From positions 1-64,000 of the IMG/VR virus record IMGVR_UViG_3300002460_000024: a DNA stretch of 64,000 bases; one strand, given 5' to 3'. This DNA is from a virus. A model generated the notes under the pieces. The model did no database searches, was not told where the DNA came from, and saw only the letters and a list, made by a program, of their open reading frames with translations. Both the position numbers and the translations under genes were made by a program. Below are positions 29,669 through 41,200 of the stretch, in pieces (position 1 is the first letter of the stretch; each line of letters starts with the position of its first letter).

Positions 29669-31348
29669 TTATTTCATTGCTTTTGTTTTTTCTATCACTT
29701 CATCTACCGTAATAGAATGAAGTGGCTTTTTAAATATCCAGCTATTGTTTGTTCGATCGTAGACCTTCTCTGGATCTAACCACGCGCTTAAAACTAAAGT
29801 TGGGGTATCGAATAATCCCGCCATGTGAGCGCCCCCTGATTCATTACAGATCACCAATCCCGCTCCTTTAATCAACCGTAACACATCAAATAATGATATA
29901 GGCAAATGCTCTCCGGGTATGTTCTTACAACGGGCTACAAATTGGTCACAGATTATTACTCTTTGGCCTGACGCTATTAATCTTGTCGCCAACTCAATCC
30001 AATACTTCAAAGGCCAAGCCCTTATACTATCTATTGGCCCCACAAATGGGAATAATACCGTCACCCCCTCATATCCTTCTAATGAGGTAATATGTTTAAC
30101 CGGAATATTATATGGTATTGTTTTTAATTTCTTGCAATACCAATCTTTTAAAGAACCTTTTATTTTCTCTGCATATTCTTTTCTCTGATCTTCCGGCAAA
30201 CTGTCCTCATTTGAAGTTAGGTCTATATCTATTGGGTCGCCGTGGTAGCTACATATTTTAACTCCCGGAAGTTTTAAGACGCTTGCTAGTTGTAGATTTA
30301 CGGTGACGTAAAGCTTGATCCCACGCCCCGGATTTTCCATCATCCATCCCATGAGGGCGTAGGCCATACATATAAAATCACCTACGCCCCTATCTTTCAT
30401 GAGAATTCTAATCGGTGCCGTATATTTGAATTCGTGTTTATTTAGTTCTGCAGTTACTTCTTTTCGGTCGAGTTCTATTAAAACCGAGTGAGAGTCGGCT
30501 TCACCAGCGTATACTTCCAACATTAATGGCGTCGCCACTAAGCCAGACACATACAATACATCCGGTCTATTCCCTTCTAACCCTCCTCCTTGTAATACTG
30601 GTGGAGTGAAATAATCAATCTTAAAAGTTTTCATGTTTAAAATAAACATCCCCTGAACGTAAATCCATCCCTGTACCTCATCTTCAAATCGAACGTGCCA
30701 CATCCCAATATAATGTTCATTCTCGAAGTGGGTAATGGCTGATAAGGAGAGGAAGGAGCTTCCTGGGAGCATCTTTTTTACATGATCTGCTAATCCGGTT
30801 TCGTGGAAGGTGTGTTCTCGCCAAGACCATCCTTCGAGTTTAAATATCCTGAGTGGATCTAAACTGTATAAAATATAAAGCTCGTCATTATGGACTATTG
30901 GGAGCCAGTTTTTCTCTCCAATTTTTCTGTTTACGTATGGAAGCTCACAATAATCTACAAATTCGATTGTGCTGCGGGTTACTTTGGAAATAACAGGTTT
31001 TATGAAAGTCGAGTCCTCCCAGCCCCGTTTTGTTATACACATCGTATGGATTGCGTATAGCTCTCCTTTGTATCTAAAAAGGCGAAAATCCTCTATTTTT
31101 GAGTGAGGTGGATAGCCTTTTTTTTCGAGGTGATAAATATTATCTATCTCTCCGGCCCTCATTTTATCAATCTTTTCTACGATTAAAGAAACCGTAGAAT
31201 CGTTGGTATAATAATGTGAAATCGGCTCTACCCGAACGATAAATTCCCTTACCCATGTATCGTGAGAAACACAGGACGGATTAAATACACCACCATCACT
31301 GTTTGGTAGGGAGCCTTGAGAAAGGAGTCTATGCTTTTTTAGTATCAT
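29669..31348 (-). CDS. Beta-propeller glycosidase-like domain fused to a GT9-like glycosyltransferase
   Basis: FNPS, EDFRL, EKNWLP; then GVGDFI, RAWP, NESGGAHMAGLFDTPTLVL. Confidence 0.75.
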   Translation of the reverse strand: MILKKHRLLSQGSLPNSDGGVFNPSCVSHDTWVREFIVRVEPISHYYTNDSTVSLIVEKIDKMRAGEIDNIYHLEKKGYPPHSKIEDFRLFRYKGELYAIHTMCITKRGWEDSTFIKPVISKVTRSTIEFVDYCELPYVNRKIGEKNWLPIVHNDELYILYSLDPLRIFKLEGWSWREHTFHETGLADHVKKMLPGSSFLSLSAITHFENEHYIGMWHVRFEDEVQGWIYVQGMFILNMKTFKIDYFTPPVLQGGGLEGNRPDVLYVSGLVATPLMLEVYAGEADSHSVLIELDRKEVTAELNKHEFKYTAPIRILMKDRGVGDFICMAYALMGWMMENPGRGIKLYVTVNLQLASVLKLPGVKICSYHGDPIDIDLTSNEDSLPEDQRKEYAEKIKGSLKDWYCKKLKTIPYNIPVKHITSLEGYEGVTVLFPFVGPIDSIRAWPLKYWIELATRLIASGQRVIICDQFVARCKNIPGEHLPISLFDVLRLIKGAGLVICNESGGAHMAGLFDTPTLVLSAWLDPEKVYDRTNNSWIFKKPLHSITVDEVIEKTKAMK

Positions 31349-31997
31349 AAAGCTCCATCTCCATTTACTTTTTTTATCTCACCACCACAAACCGGACAAT
31401 TAACCGACCCATATATTAAACCATAACGAGCCGTCCAGTCCTCTGGATTAACTAGAATTTCAGAACTGCACGTAAAACATTTTTTCTTAACTGGTCTTTC
31501 AACCTTCGGTGTCCAATTGGATCTTTTAATTATTTCCATACAAAATCTTTTACTGGTACAAAGCCTCCGTTGGCCTCTATTTCCGAATCATAATACCCAT
31601 GAGCCACTAACGTCATTGGGTCTAAGTGATATTTCCCCTTTTCTGCCAACGGTAATCCTTTTGGAATAAAGAACTCAATCAAATAATATTCCCCGTTCTC
31701 ACAAATAATATCTCGCCAATCATCCGTTTCCTTTTCACAGGTTCCATATCTTACTATACCTATTCCTGGTATGCTGATTGAAAAACGTTTCTTTCCGTGA
31801 GTGGTGAGCATATTATGCGACGGAATTAATGTGATTTTCTAAAACTCTAATAGCCTCTGTAAGTTCTATTATATATGGATCGGTTATTGGCTTATTAAAA
31901 TTAATAAGTGGTATAAATCCATTTATTTCTGGGCCTGCATTCTCTTGCATTCTGTCCAAAATAGCTTTTTGTAAAATAGTAATTGCGTCTCTCATAA

Positions 31998-32612
31998 TTA
32001 ATCTTTAAAAACATCTGAATTTTTATTTCCTTCTGCCAGCCATCTATTTTCTGCTGCCTGTGCTAGATGCAAATTTAACTCATGGCACTCAACGGCCTTT
32101 GCTGCCGGCACAAACCCAAACTCTATAGGCTTCCTAACATAAGCGGCGTCCCCCACAATCGTTTCAACTAAATCGTGCTGTTTTACAAATTTAGCCCATG
32201 CATTATGCCCTCCCCAAGTACGGTCATCCGACCACAAGTACCCTCCAGGCTTAAGGCATTGCCATCCAAATTCATATTCATAGGTTTGACACTTTATATC
32301 ATGATCCGAATCGTGCAAAAACAAATCAAATGGGCCTATCTTTTGGTAAAGATCAATCAGGGCAACTTCACTTTTTTGCTCAATTAATTTATGATTCCGA
32401 TGTTCAAATCGATGAGGAAACCAAGCGTTTTTATCAATGGAAAATAACCTGTAGTCTAAATTATATTTATCCATTGCGTCCAATATAAAAACTGAGCTTA
32501 CACCAAATCCACTTTCAACCACAGTTAAAAGTTTGTGTTCGATTATAAAGTCGGCTAATGCTTTTTGGAATCTTGATCCATCACATTCTGGCAATAATTC
32601 TTTTACTGTCAT
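31998..32612 (-). CDS. Class I SAM methyltransferase (Methyltransf_24-like)
   Basis: VESGFGVSS, DLFLHDSDH, LKPGGYLWSDD. Confidence 0.85.
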   Translation of the reverse strand: MTVKELLPECDGSRFQKALADFIIEHKLLTVVESGFGVSSVFILDAMDKYNLDYRLFSIDKNAWFPHRFEHRNHKLIEQKSEVALIDLYQKIGPFDLFLHDSDHDIKCQTYEYEFGWQCLKPGGYLWSDDRTWGGHNAWAKFVKQHDLVETIVGDAAYVRKPIEFGFVPAAKAVECHELNLHLAQAAENRWLAEGNKNSDVFKD

Positions 32613-34747
32613 ATCGGAAGGTCATTGTTATACTGTGTTGCTAATCTAGGAAAAATTCCGTAGGTCTTGAGATGGGGAAAAGTGTGAAATACCAAACTCA
32701 AATCACTACTTGCATAACAATCTCTCTGTGTCTGAATTATAAATGGTAATGCTTTCCTGGCAACCAAATATGCGTGGCCGCAAAATGGATAGCCAGTACG
32801 AGGTGTAAACTCATAAACATTTCCTTTAACGTGTCTAGTTGTTTTACCTTCATTACAACAGCTTCCTACCCACAACCAATCAAAATCAGCCGGAACATTC
32901 TCAAGTTCTTTTGCTAAATGATGTAGTGCGTCTGGAATAAACTCAGCATCACACTCTAAAAATAAAAAGTGATCAAACGGTAAAACATTAGCAATTGAAT
33001 ATAGAAGATAAACGGAAAGAAATTGAGCCGTATAACCTGGACCAATATTATACCCTGTGCCAGGATTATCCTTGTCGTAAGTGTGATTTCCTAAGATGCC
33101 GAAACTTTGACCATGTATTCCAGCAACCTCAATAATATTTTTTATCCCTACCTCTTCAAAATGAGCCATACCTCTTTTCCATCTGTCTATCCAATATTTA
33201 TTTCCAGAAGGATCGTCAGGAATATATAAAAGCATCGGCTGCACTTTTAATGGGCCAATTTGCATACCTCCACGCAAAGCAATATCAAAGGGGGTGATGG
33301 GTATTTCGGCACAAGGTGGTTTTAATGACGGATCATAAATTGGAAATGATTTTCCCTCTTCTTTAATTAAGGTATCTTCAATGGGGGCGGTATCATTCAT
33401 AGGTTTGGGATTTATAACTGTTACTGTTAATTTTTCTTCTACTTTGTTTTTTGATTCGGCTAATATTTTAGACACATCAACCTTCTCTCCATCTTCGGAT
33501 AACTTGCGATATATTTTCCAATCCCTACCATCACCCTCTTCTATAAATAAAATTTCTTCAAACCCGTAATTTAAAATAAGCTCTTGCGCTTTTTGGGTAG
33601 TAGGCCAGTTGGCATCGTCAAAGTGTATGTAGCCACCGGGCCTTACAAGGGGGGCGTAAGTAGCAACGTCCTGACAACTAATTTCCTCACTATGGTTTCC
33701 ATCTATACTGCAAATGTCTATTTGAGTAAACAGCGCAAATGCCTCAGAAGATTTAAAACGAATTATATTAGAATAGTCGGTTAAGTCCTCACTAATCATT
33801 AATTCGACTACGTCCTTGTGTAACTTTTTAAAATCAACCTTATCTGGATCAGTCCACCAATCGTCATTCTCTTTATCGTTTGTTCCTTCGGTACACGGTG
33901 CCCCTTCCCACGGATCTATACCAAAACATTTTCCTTCTCCGTTTGATTTGTGAGCCATAGCCATTGCGTACAAAAACCTTCCCCCAAACACACCAATATC
34001 TACACTCACTTTGGCTTTTGATTCGATTACGAGGTTATATAGGGCCTTACATTGCTTTGCTGTTCCCCATCCTGGTAGGCTCATTACTTTTTCTTCTAGT
34101 GGATCTGTGGCGACGGCATCTTTAGATACCAAAGTTGATTTTGTATCTGTCTTTTGGTAAACAGTCCACTCACATTTATCAGAATCCACCTCTTTTAAAA
34201 ACTCTACAAAGCCATGTTCTAAAATTTTCCTTTTAGCTTTTGGCTTCGTTCCCCAATCGGAATTGTTAAATACCAAATACCCTTCGGCTTTAACTAAAGG
34301 AGCGTAATTGTTTACATCTTCCATTGTTACTTCTGGTGATGGATTGCCATCGATATACAATACGTCAATATCTTTAAACTGACCAAACGCATCCTGTGAT
34401 CTTTTCTTTACCAGTTCCACGCAATCCATAAGACCCGCTTCCGTCAATCCTAAAATCATCTGATCATAAACCGTATCAAAATCCATTGAGGTCCAGTATT
34501 CGTCGTGGTCTTTATTTACGTTTCCCTCTAGTGAGGCTTGGTAATCATAAGGATCAATGCCATAATATTTTCCACCTGTCTCTTTACAGGCGCTTGCGAG
34601 TGCTATAGCTGCTCTACCACCAAATGTTCCAATCTCCACCACAACCTTAGCGTCGCACCTCTTAACCAACTCATGTAATGTGTTAGCTTTTTTTATGGAG
34701 CACCAGCCGGGGAGCGACGAAATTAATGTTTCAAGTTTTTCTGTCAT
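32609..34747 (-). CDS. Tandem Methyltransf_24 domains plus GT25-like glycosyltransferase
   Basis: VEIGTFGG and VDIGVFGG domains, IDGNH, GGYIHFDD; C-terminal LECDAEF...DWLWVG...GHAYLV. Confidence 0.85.
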   Translation of the reverse strand: MTEKLETLISSLPGWCSIKKANTLHELVKRCDAKVVVEIGTFGGRAAIALASACKETGGKYYGIDPYDYQASLEGNVNKDHDEYWTSMDFDTVYDQMILGLTEAGLMDCVELVKKRSQDAFGQFKDIDVLYIDGNPSPEVTMEDVNNYAPLVKAEGYLVFNNSDWGTKPKAKRKILEHGFVEFLKEVDSDKCEWTVYQKTDTKSTLVSKDAVATDPLEEKVMSLPGWGTAKQCKALYNLVIESKAKVSVDIGVFGGRFLYAMAMAHKSNGEGKCFGIDPWEGAPCTEGTNDKENDDWWTDPDKVDFKKLHKDVVELMISEDLTDYSNIIRFKSSEAFALFTQIDICSIDGNHSEEISCQDVATYAPLVRPGGYIHFDDANWPTTQKAQELILNYGFEEILFIEEGDGRDWKIYRKLSEDGEKVDVSKILAESKNKVEEKLTVTVINPKPMNDTAPIEDTLIKEEGKSFPIYDPSLKPPCAEIPITPFDIALRGGMQIGPLKVQPMLLYIPDDPSGNKYWIDRWKRGMAHFEEVGIKNIIEVAGIHGQSFGILGNHTYDKDNPGTGYNIGPGYTAQFLSVYLLYSIANVLPFDHFLFLECDAEFIPDALHHLAKELENVPADFDWLWVGSCCNEGKTTRHVKGNVYEFTPRTGYPFCGHAYLVARKALPFIIQTQRDCYASSDLSLVFHTFPHLKTYGIFPRLATQYNNDLPI

Positions 34748-34968
34748 GTGACGTAATTAATCTTTTATTTCTTTTATTTGTATTGCGGCATCATGTGGAA
34801 CAACGGCCACAATGGTAGCGCCCCTTTTAATAACAACATTTCCTGAAATTAATATAGGATTTCCCCGTGGGGTTTTACTCTCCAAAACATCTCCCTCTAC
34901 TGTAAATGTAGGTATTGATGGCATAACATTAGGATTGCCATATCCAGCTAAAAATATATGGTATTTTT

Positions 34969-35370
34969 TCATATCACTGCGAATATATCTGTTTGACTCA
35001 TTAATAAAAGATCTTTACCTTCTAAAGTAACCTCTACTCCAGCGTGTTTAGCGTATAAAACTACATCTCCTACTTCTAGGGGGGCGACGCCACCTTTCCC
35101 AGGACCCACAGCAACTACAAGCCCTTTCATTGGTTTTTCTCTTGCACTTTCTGGTAAGACTAACCCATTTCCGAGAGCTATTTCTCCTTCAATTGGTTCA
35201 ATAACTATCTTGTCGAATAAAGGTCGGGTTACGCCGGATGATTGACGTCGCCAATTCTCAGCAAACTCGTCTAACCCTAATGCGCCAACCTCAAACGTCG
35301 TTCCTGGTGCGCAGAGTACACTTAAATATTCTTCAAACTTCATTCTAATATTCTTTAGGTTTAGGATCAC
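34969..35370 (-). CDS. groES: GroES co-chaperonin with N-terminal extension
   Basis: RPLFDKIVIEP...GLVLPESAREKP..G.VVAVGPG...GDVVLYAKHAG. Confidence 0.92.
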   Translation of the reverse strand: MILNLKNIRMKFEEYLSVLCAPGTTFEVGALGLDEFAENWRRQSSGVTRPLFDKIVIEPIEGEIALGNGLVLPESAREKPMKGLVVAVGPGKGGVAPLEVGDVVLYAKHAGVEVTLEGKDLLLMSQTDIFAVI

Positions 35371-36934
35371 TTACAACACACTCCGTAGTTAAGAAAATAG
35401 CTGCAATAGATGAAGCATTCTCAAGGGCGCACCGACATACTTTTGTTGGGTCGATTACTCCGGCATCAAAAAGATTTTCGATCTTATCAGACTTTACATT
35501 AAAACCAATACCGTAATCGCCTTCAATAATTTCTTTTGCTATGGAATCAATTTGCTCTTTAGACTTTCCAGCATTGCGAAGTATCTGGTCAAACGGTTCT
35601 ATAATTGAACTTCGAACAATCAGGGCTCCGGTTAATTCGTCTCCAGTAATACCTAGTGTTGTGAAAAAATCTAAACTTTTCATAAATGCCGTACCACCTC
35701 CAGACAAATATCCTTCCTCATTCGCCGCCCTGGTAGCACACAAAGCGTCATCAATACGATCTTTTTTCTCTGTAGCTTCTGTTTGGGTGATGGCTCCTAC
35801 TTTTAGCGACGCGATCTTTCCTATCATCTTTGCTAGTCTACTTTTTAACTTAGCTGCCTGGACCTCGTTAGCCCCCTCAATTTCGGTACGGATCTCGTCG
35901 CACCTCTCGGTAACAGATAGCCCATCACCGGCCCCATTCACAAATAATGTTGAATGAGCATCCACAATAACTTTCTCCGCACTACCACAATCTTTTAAAG
36001 TTGCCTTTTCAATTGTTCGTCCTGCGGCATCAGAGATAAAAGTAGCTCCAGTTAAAACACAAATATCTTCAAGTGCCCGTTGGCGATCATCCCCGTATTC
36101 GGGAGCTAGCACCACGCATAAATTAATTTTGGCTTCCTTCATATTACCGTAAATTAACTGCAAAGCCTCGCCCTCAATCCGATCTACAATCAATAAAATA
36201 GGCTTTGGTTGGTTTACCGCTTTTTCTAAAAACGGCAATAACTCTTTATATGTAGATAGTTTTTTATCGGTGACGAGAATAATCGGGTGTTCAAATTCAC
36301 AGGTACGTCTTTTTGTGTTGATATAAATAGGATGCATTAATCCACGATCAATCTTCATTCCATTCACTATCTCTACGTAGGTTTCATGGGTTTTTGAATC
36401 GGTGACGTTAATTTCCCCTTCTTTACCTACCTGAGTGAAGGCGTCGGCAATAAGTTTTCCTATTTCGGGATCGTTATTGGCCGATATGGTAGCAATTTGT
36501 ATTAATGTTTCCTGGCTGTCTACATCTTTTGATAATTCTTTTAGCCTTTTTACGACGGCATCTGTAGCCTTCTCAATTCCTTTTTTAAGGTCCACTGGAT
36601 TGGCGCCTTCGTCGATAGCCTTTAGTCCAGCGGTGATGATGGCTTGAGCAAGAACAGTGCTACAAGTGGTCCCATCTCCGGCATCGGCTAATGTTTTAAA
36701 GGCCACCTCCTTAATTAGGGTGGCTCCCATATTTTGAATTGGCTCTACTAAAGTGATTCCTTTTGCTACAGTAGCTCCATCTTTTGAGATGTGAACAGGT
36801 CCGTAACCGTTGCCTATTAAGACATTCCGACCACCAAATCCCATTGTAACTTTAATTGCGTCGGCCACAATATCCACTCCTATTTTTACTTTGTCTCTAC
36901 CTTCCTTGTTTTGAGTAACGTTTTTAAATGACAT
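35345..36934 (-). CDS. groEL: GroEL chaperonin
   Basis: KDGATVAK, AGDGTTCS, GVIDPTKV; lacks the GGM tail. Confidence 0.97.
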   Translation of the reverse strand: MSFKNVTQNKEGRDKVKIGVDIVADAIKVTMGFGGRNVLIGNGYGPVHISKDGATVAKGITLVEPIQNMGATLIKEVAFKTLADAGDGTTCSTVLAQAIITAGLKAIDEGANPVDLKKGIEKATDAVVKRLKELSKDVDSQETLIQIATISANNDPEIGKLIADAFTQVGKEGEINVTDSKTHETYVEIVNGMKIDRGLMHPIYINTKRRTCEFEHPIILVTDKKLSTYKELLPFLEKAVNQPKPILLIVDRIEGEALQLIYGNMKEAKINLCVVLAPEYGDDRQRALEDICVLTGATFISDAAGRTIEKATLKDCGSAEKVIVDAHSTLFVNGAGDGLSVTERCDEIRTEIEGANEVQAAKLKSRLAKMIGKIASLKVGAITQTEATEKKDRIDDALCATRAANEEGYLSGGGTAFMKSLDFFTTLGITGDELTGALIVRSSIIEPFDQILRNAGKSKEQIDSIAKEIIEGDYGIGFNVKSDKIENLFDAGVIDPTKVCRCALENASSIAAIFLTTECVVSDPKPKEY

Positions 36935-37006
36935 GCTTTTTATTTTATTTAAGTTAAAACGACATTTTTACCGATTATTGTGTAAAAGTATAAGTTTTTC
37001 TCAAAT

Positions 37007-37037
37007 AAAAAACCCGACCTCTAACAAGATCGGGTTT
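37007..37037 (-). terminator. Intrinsic terminator
   Basis: aaacccga/tcgggttt stem with an A run on the plus strand, downstream of 37063-38076. Confidence 0.65.
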
Positions 37038-37062
37038 CAAAATAAACATTAACAGAAAAAAA

Positions 37063-38076
37063 CTAGGTTGCTACAAAGGTGTACACCGCAGACCAGTCTG
37101 TAGTTCCAGATGCATTACGCACCCTTGCGTACCACGTACCAGCCGTAATCTCTGGCAACGAAAGTATTGTACTAACGGTTTCAATGTCAAATACAATCTT
37201 ATCTGTTGCGAAATCAGAATTAGATGCCACCTGAATATTATAGCCTGTTGTGCAGGTCGCTCCGACCCCAAGCTCTTTATCGGTGTCATCCCAAACCGAA
37301 TCAAAGTAAGCGTACTCAGTACAATCTCCTTGTGTTCCGCTACCAGAAGCACTTCCACCAGTACAAGTAAATAACTGACTAACGATAGGAATAATAGTTC
37401 CATCAGACTTAGTAGCGATTACTCGAATAGCGTCGTTCAACACCACATCCGCAGTTTGGAACTGGAAGGTGATAGCAGCAGTACCCGCAGCAACGCTAAT
37501 AACGTTGGTGTTGATAGAATGCCATGCATCTCCAGTTTGAACTTGAAGGTTTAGAGTAACAGCCTGGTTCACGTTGTAAGTGAATGCCTGGGTGTTGTTA
37601 CTACATGCTCCGAATGTTCCTGTGAAGTCAATGTTGTCAGAAATGTTGTTTAGAAATACCATTTGAGCCTCTAGATCAGTAGAGTTAATCTGGTACTTGA
37701 ATTTAACTAAAGCGTTTAGTCCGTTGATAACGAATAAAAGTACGTTACCTCCGTCCTCAATGCCGTACAGAATGTCACCTGTCCGAACAGATACTTGAGC
37801 CGTGTTAGCGACGTCATTAATCTTGTCTGGAGTAAAGTTATAAACTGCGTTAGGATCAGTGGAACCAGCAATAGAGGCTTGAATAGTCTCAACATTGCCG
37901 CTTACCTGAATACCTTGTTTAGGGGTAGCGAGGTTAGTTCCATTGTACAATAATTGCGTGACGTTGTCAGAGACTCTGGAAGCCCCCGAAAGGCGACTTA
38001 CATTGTACATCTGCTTACGTGGTGGATCAAAGCTTTGTGTGCTTTTTCTCAACACCGAAAATATATTGACAATCAT
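37063..38076 (-). CDS. Virion surface/auxiliary capsid protein with C-terminal FN3/Ig-like domain
   Basis: YNIQVAS..DF...GTWYARVR...DWS; own TATATTTG box and terminator. Confidence 0.6.
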   Translation of the reverse strand: MIVNIFSVLRKSTQSFDPPRKQMYNVSRLSGASRVSDNVTQLLYNGTNLATPKQGIQVSGNVETIQASIAGSTDPNAVYNFTPDKINDVANTAQVSVRTGDILYGIEDGGNVLLFVINGLNALVKFKYQINSTDLEAQMVFLNNISDNIDFTGTFGACSNNTQAFTYNVNQAVTLNLQVQTGDAWHSINTNVISVAAGTAAITFQFQTADVVLNDAIRVIATKSDGTIIPIVSQLFTCTGGSASGSGTQGDCTEYAYFDSVWDDTDKELGVGATCTTGYNIQVASNSDFATDKIVFDIETVSTILSLPEITAGTWYARVRNASGTTDWSAVYTFVAT

Positions 38077-38287
38077 ATAATGATATAAGCCTCAAATATA
38101 GAAATTTACATCACTTATACAATAAAATGTTGTTAGTATCGTTGGCGACGAGATTAATCCCGTAACCCAAACCAATATAACCTCTTTTCTGTCTCTCTTA
38201 TTTCTTTAACAGAGTTCCTTCTTATTCGCTGGAGTTTTAACCAATCAAAATACTCTTTGAAGCTGCCGAAGGATTGGGTTTGCTTCG

Positions 38288-41200
38288 TCATTCTTCGATA
38301 TCTTCTAATTCAATTTCAGGGACATATTTAATCCAATCCATATCTTTCACATTGTATTTTATACCGTATTCGCTGCTAATTCGGTAATAAGAAATAGTGG
38401 CCGCATCCTTTTTGGTGATCTTAATTACCTTCTCCCTTTCGTCATCCCCAATTTCTTCATATTCTACCTCATGGTAATCTAATAGATCCTCTATTTTTTC
38501 GTCATCATTTAAAGTCTCGTTTAGCATTTTATACCACTCTCTACCGGCCATTGCTTTATAGACATACTGCTGATTCTCTGTTGTAGGTAGGGCGACGCCA
38601 TTTTCGTCATATAATTTTAAGTCCGAAAACTGACCTATTTTCTTAGTCAAATTTAAACTGGCAAGCTTTTTCCATACCGGATCGCCGCCCTGTAGCCCAA
38701 ACCAATGTTTAAGCGGTAAAAATTGCTCACCCGGATATGTTTTTATGGGAAATCCAAATACATCTAATTTCGGTTTATCCAGGTTCCATCCATTATAAGC
38801 GGCATACTTCATAATATCTTCGAAAGTATCTACCTTATATTCATACTTCGAGAAAATATCATCAATTTGGGTAACTAAAGTAGTATTTTGAGGTAATGGC
38901 TTAGTCATATAGCCCAGGGCTGTCTTTAAGAACTCCATTCCCTTTTTCTCTACCCCATTAATCCGATCATCAAAAACAGTTGTTACTAATTTATTAACAC
39001 CCTGTACAAATGATTTTTCAAGAAAAGTATTTTTAGAAGATAGTACCGACATAAATAATTTCTCATTTGCCCCTTTGCCCTCCTTCCATCTATGCAAGTC
39101 CATATAATTACCAACAATAGTCAGAGGAATATCTAGAGCAGGAATTAGTCTATATGGCAGCCAATGACCACCAATTCTAATATTTCCTTTAGGATAGGTG
39201 TTTTCCATATTGGCCGACTGCTCATAATTTAATCCTGCGTGACTGCCGACAATTATAATCTTATCCTGATCATCATCATCCATATCCATTTGAGACATCA
39301 TAATCGCTGCCAGAGTAGTAAAGGCGCCCATACCAACCCACGCCCTACCCATTTGATCATAATATGCTTTTGATCCCCTTTCTCCCATTTGAGTTGATCT
39401 AATATCCTTATGCATATATGATAACGGCCCCTTAATTTTCTCAGCAAGTCCGGTTATTCCCAATCCATTAGCCCGAAGCATTCCATAAACCGGTGTATAA
39501 TCCACCATGTAATTAAACACGTTCGAAACAATCTTGGTAAATGGAACATATAACCTAGATACTACTCCAATTGGGTTTTTAGACTGAGTAACGGTTGATA
39601 ACATGTAAGCAGCCATTCCAATACCTCCGCGATAATCCCCGCGATATACCATTGTTTCTGCTGATTCCTTTGCTTCTGCCACAGCCTCTTCATTCCTTCC
39701 GGCCCTTAATATTTCTATTAATCGGATCGTTTTTTGCGACACGGTTAATGTATTGCCGGTAATCTTTTCATACACCTCGGCTTCTTTTAGCATCTGTGTT
39801 GTAGCTGCCCCACGATCATTACCCCCTATAATCTCGTTATAAACAGCCTCGTAAAGATCCTTTCCGGTTAATCCCTTTTCTACAAACTGCCTTCTAACAG
39901 AGGAAATAAACTCCGATTCCTCATTAGTCCTAAAAAATAAGGCATCTTGGGCCTGGAGCATTCTGCCTACATATTTATAAAACTCCACATATTTCAGGAC
40001 TGGAATATTAGCTATCCTTTTATCCTCTAGGGGAGACATTTCAACTTTTGAGCCTCCTTGAAATTGTCGATCGGCAAACTTATCGTCTAACATTCCATGT
40101 TGTAGAATATCCAAAATCTCATTAAAAGTCATTTGCCGGTTATTCTTTATGCCCTTGAAATAATAAATGGGCTTCATAATGGTTTCGGCTAATGGGCTCC
40201 CATACAAAAATACTTTCGGATCTTTATTTTTAATGGCATCTTTTAATGCTTTGAAGTAAAGTGATGGGTTTAGTGGATTCTCAATATACTTCGCTGCTAC
40301 GTTAGCTGCATTATTGGTGATGTTTATAGTAGAGGTCGATAATCCAGATAGCATCGATGAATACCAAAGCGCCCAATATATTTCCATACCGGAGGCTCCA
40401 TACATACCTGATATGCTCTGTACTAGTTGTTGAATAGCTCTTTCCTTAAATTTACCCTCTGTTTTTTGTACCGCCTCTGAGTACTTTAAAATATTCTCAA
40501 TTTGCCTCTCGCTCAAAGACTTTACCCCAAATCTTTCTCCAAAATACTCTAATAAAACCTTCTCGTCTACTAAACCATTTAGATTCAAAGTCTCATTAAT
40601 CTTGCTGATTACAGAGTTTTTATCTCGCTTTGCTTCCTTCATTTCTTCGGTAACTTTACCCCTCTCTTCCAGTTTACCAAAATACTTTTCAACCAGCTTT
40701 ATAGCGCCCCCTTTGGTTATTTTATTAAACTCCTCTTCAATAGCAATAGCAAGCTCATTAGCTGTTTGCCCTGTTACGCCGGCATCCTTTACTAATCGAT
40801 CGATTAGCTCCTGCTTTGTTTCGTTTCTTTCTGTGAAATGCGACGTAATTATCCCATCAATCTTTTTACTTCTCTCACGCAAGGCTTGTTTTACAGAACT
40901 TTCAACATCTTCAATCGGATTCTTAACTTCAACGGTAATAAATTCCTGAACCTTATCATATACGCCCTCGAAGTGCTTTGCTAATTTATCCTCATCAAAA
41001 GAAACATTTCCCATTTGGGCTTTTACATAAGCAATTGCTTTTTGAACAGAAGCACTTAACTTAACCCCCTCTTTAATGGCTTTAATCATTATTTTCACTG
41101 CGCCCTGAATAATCCCTGGTGGAATAAACGTAGCCGCCATAAACCCCTCCATGCCACCGAGATTCTTGTCAGCCCATTTATCTATAGCTGCAAGTTTCCT

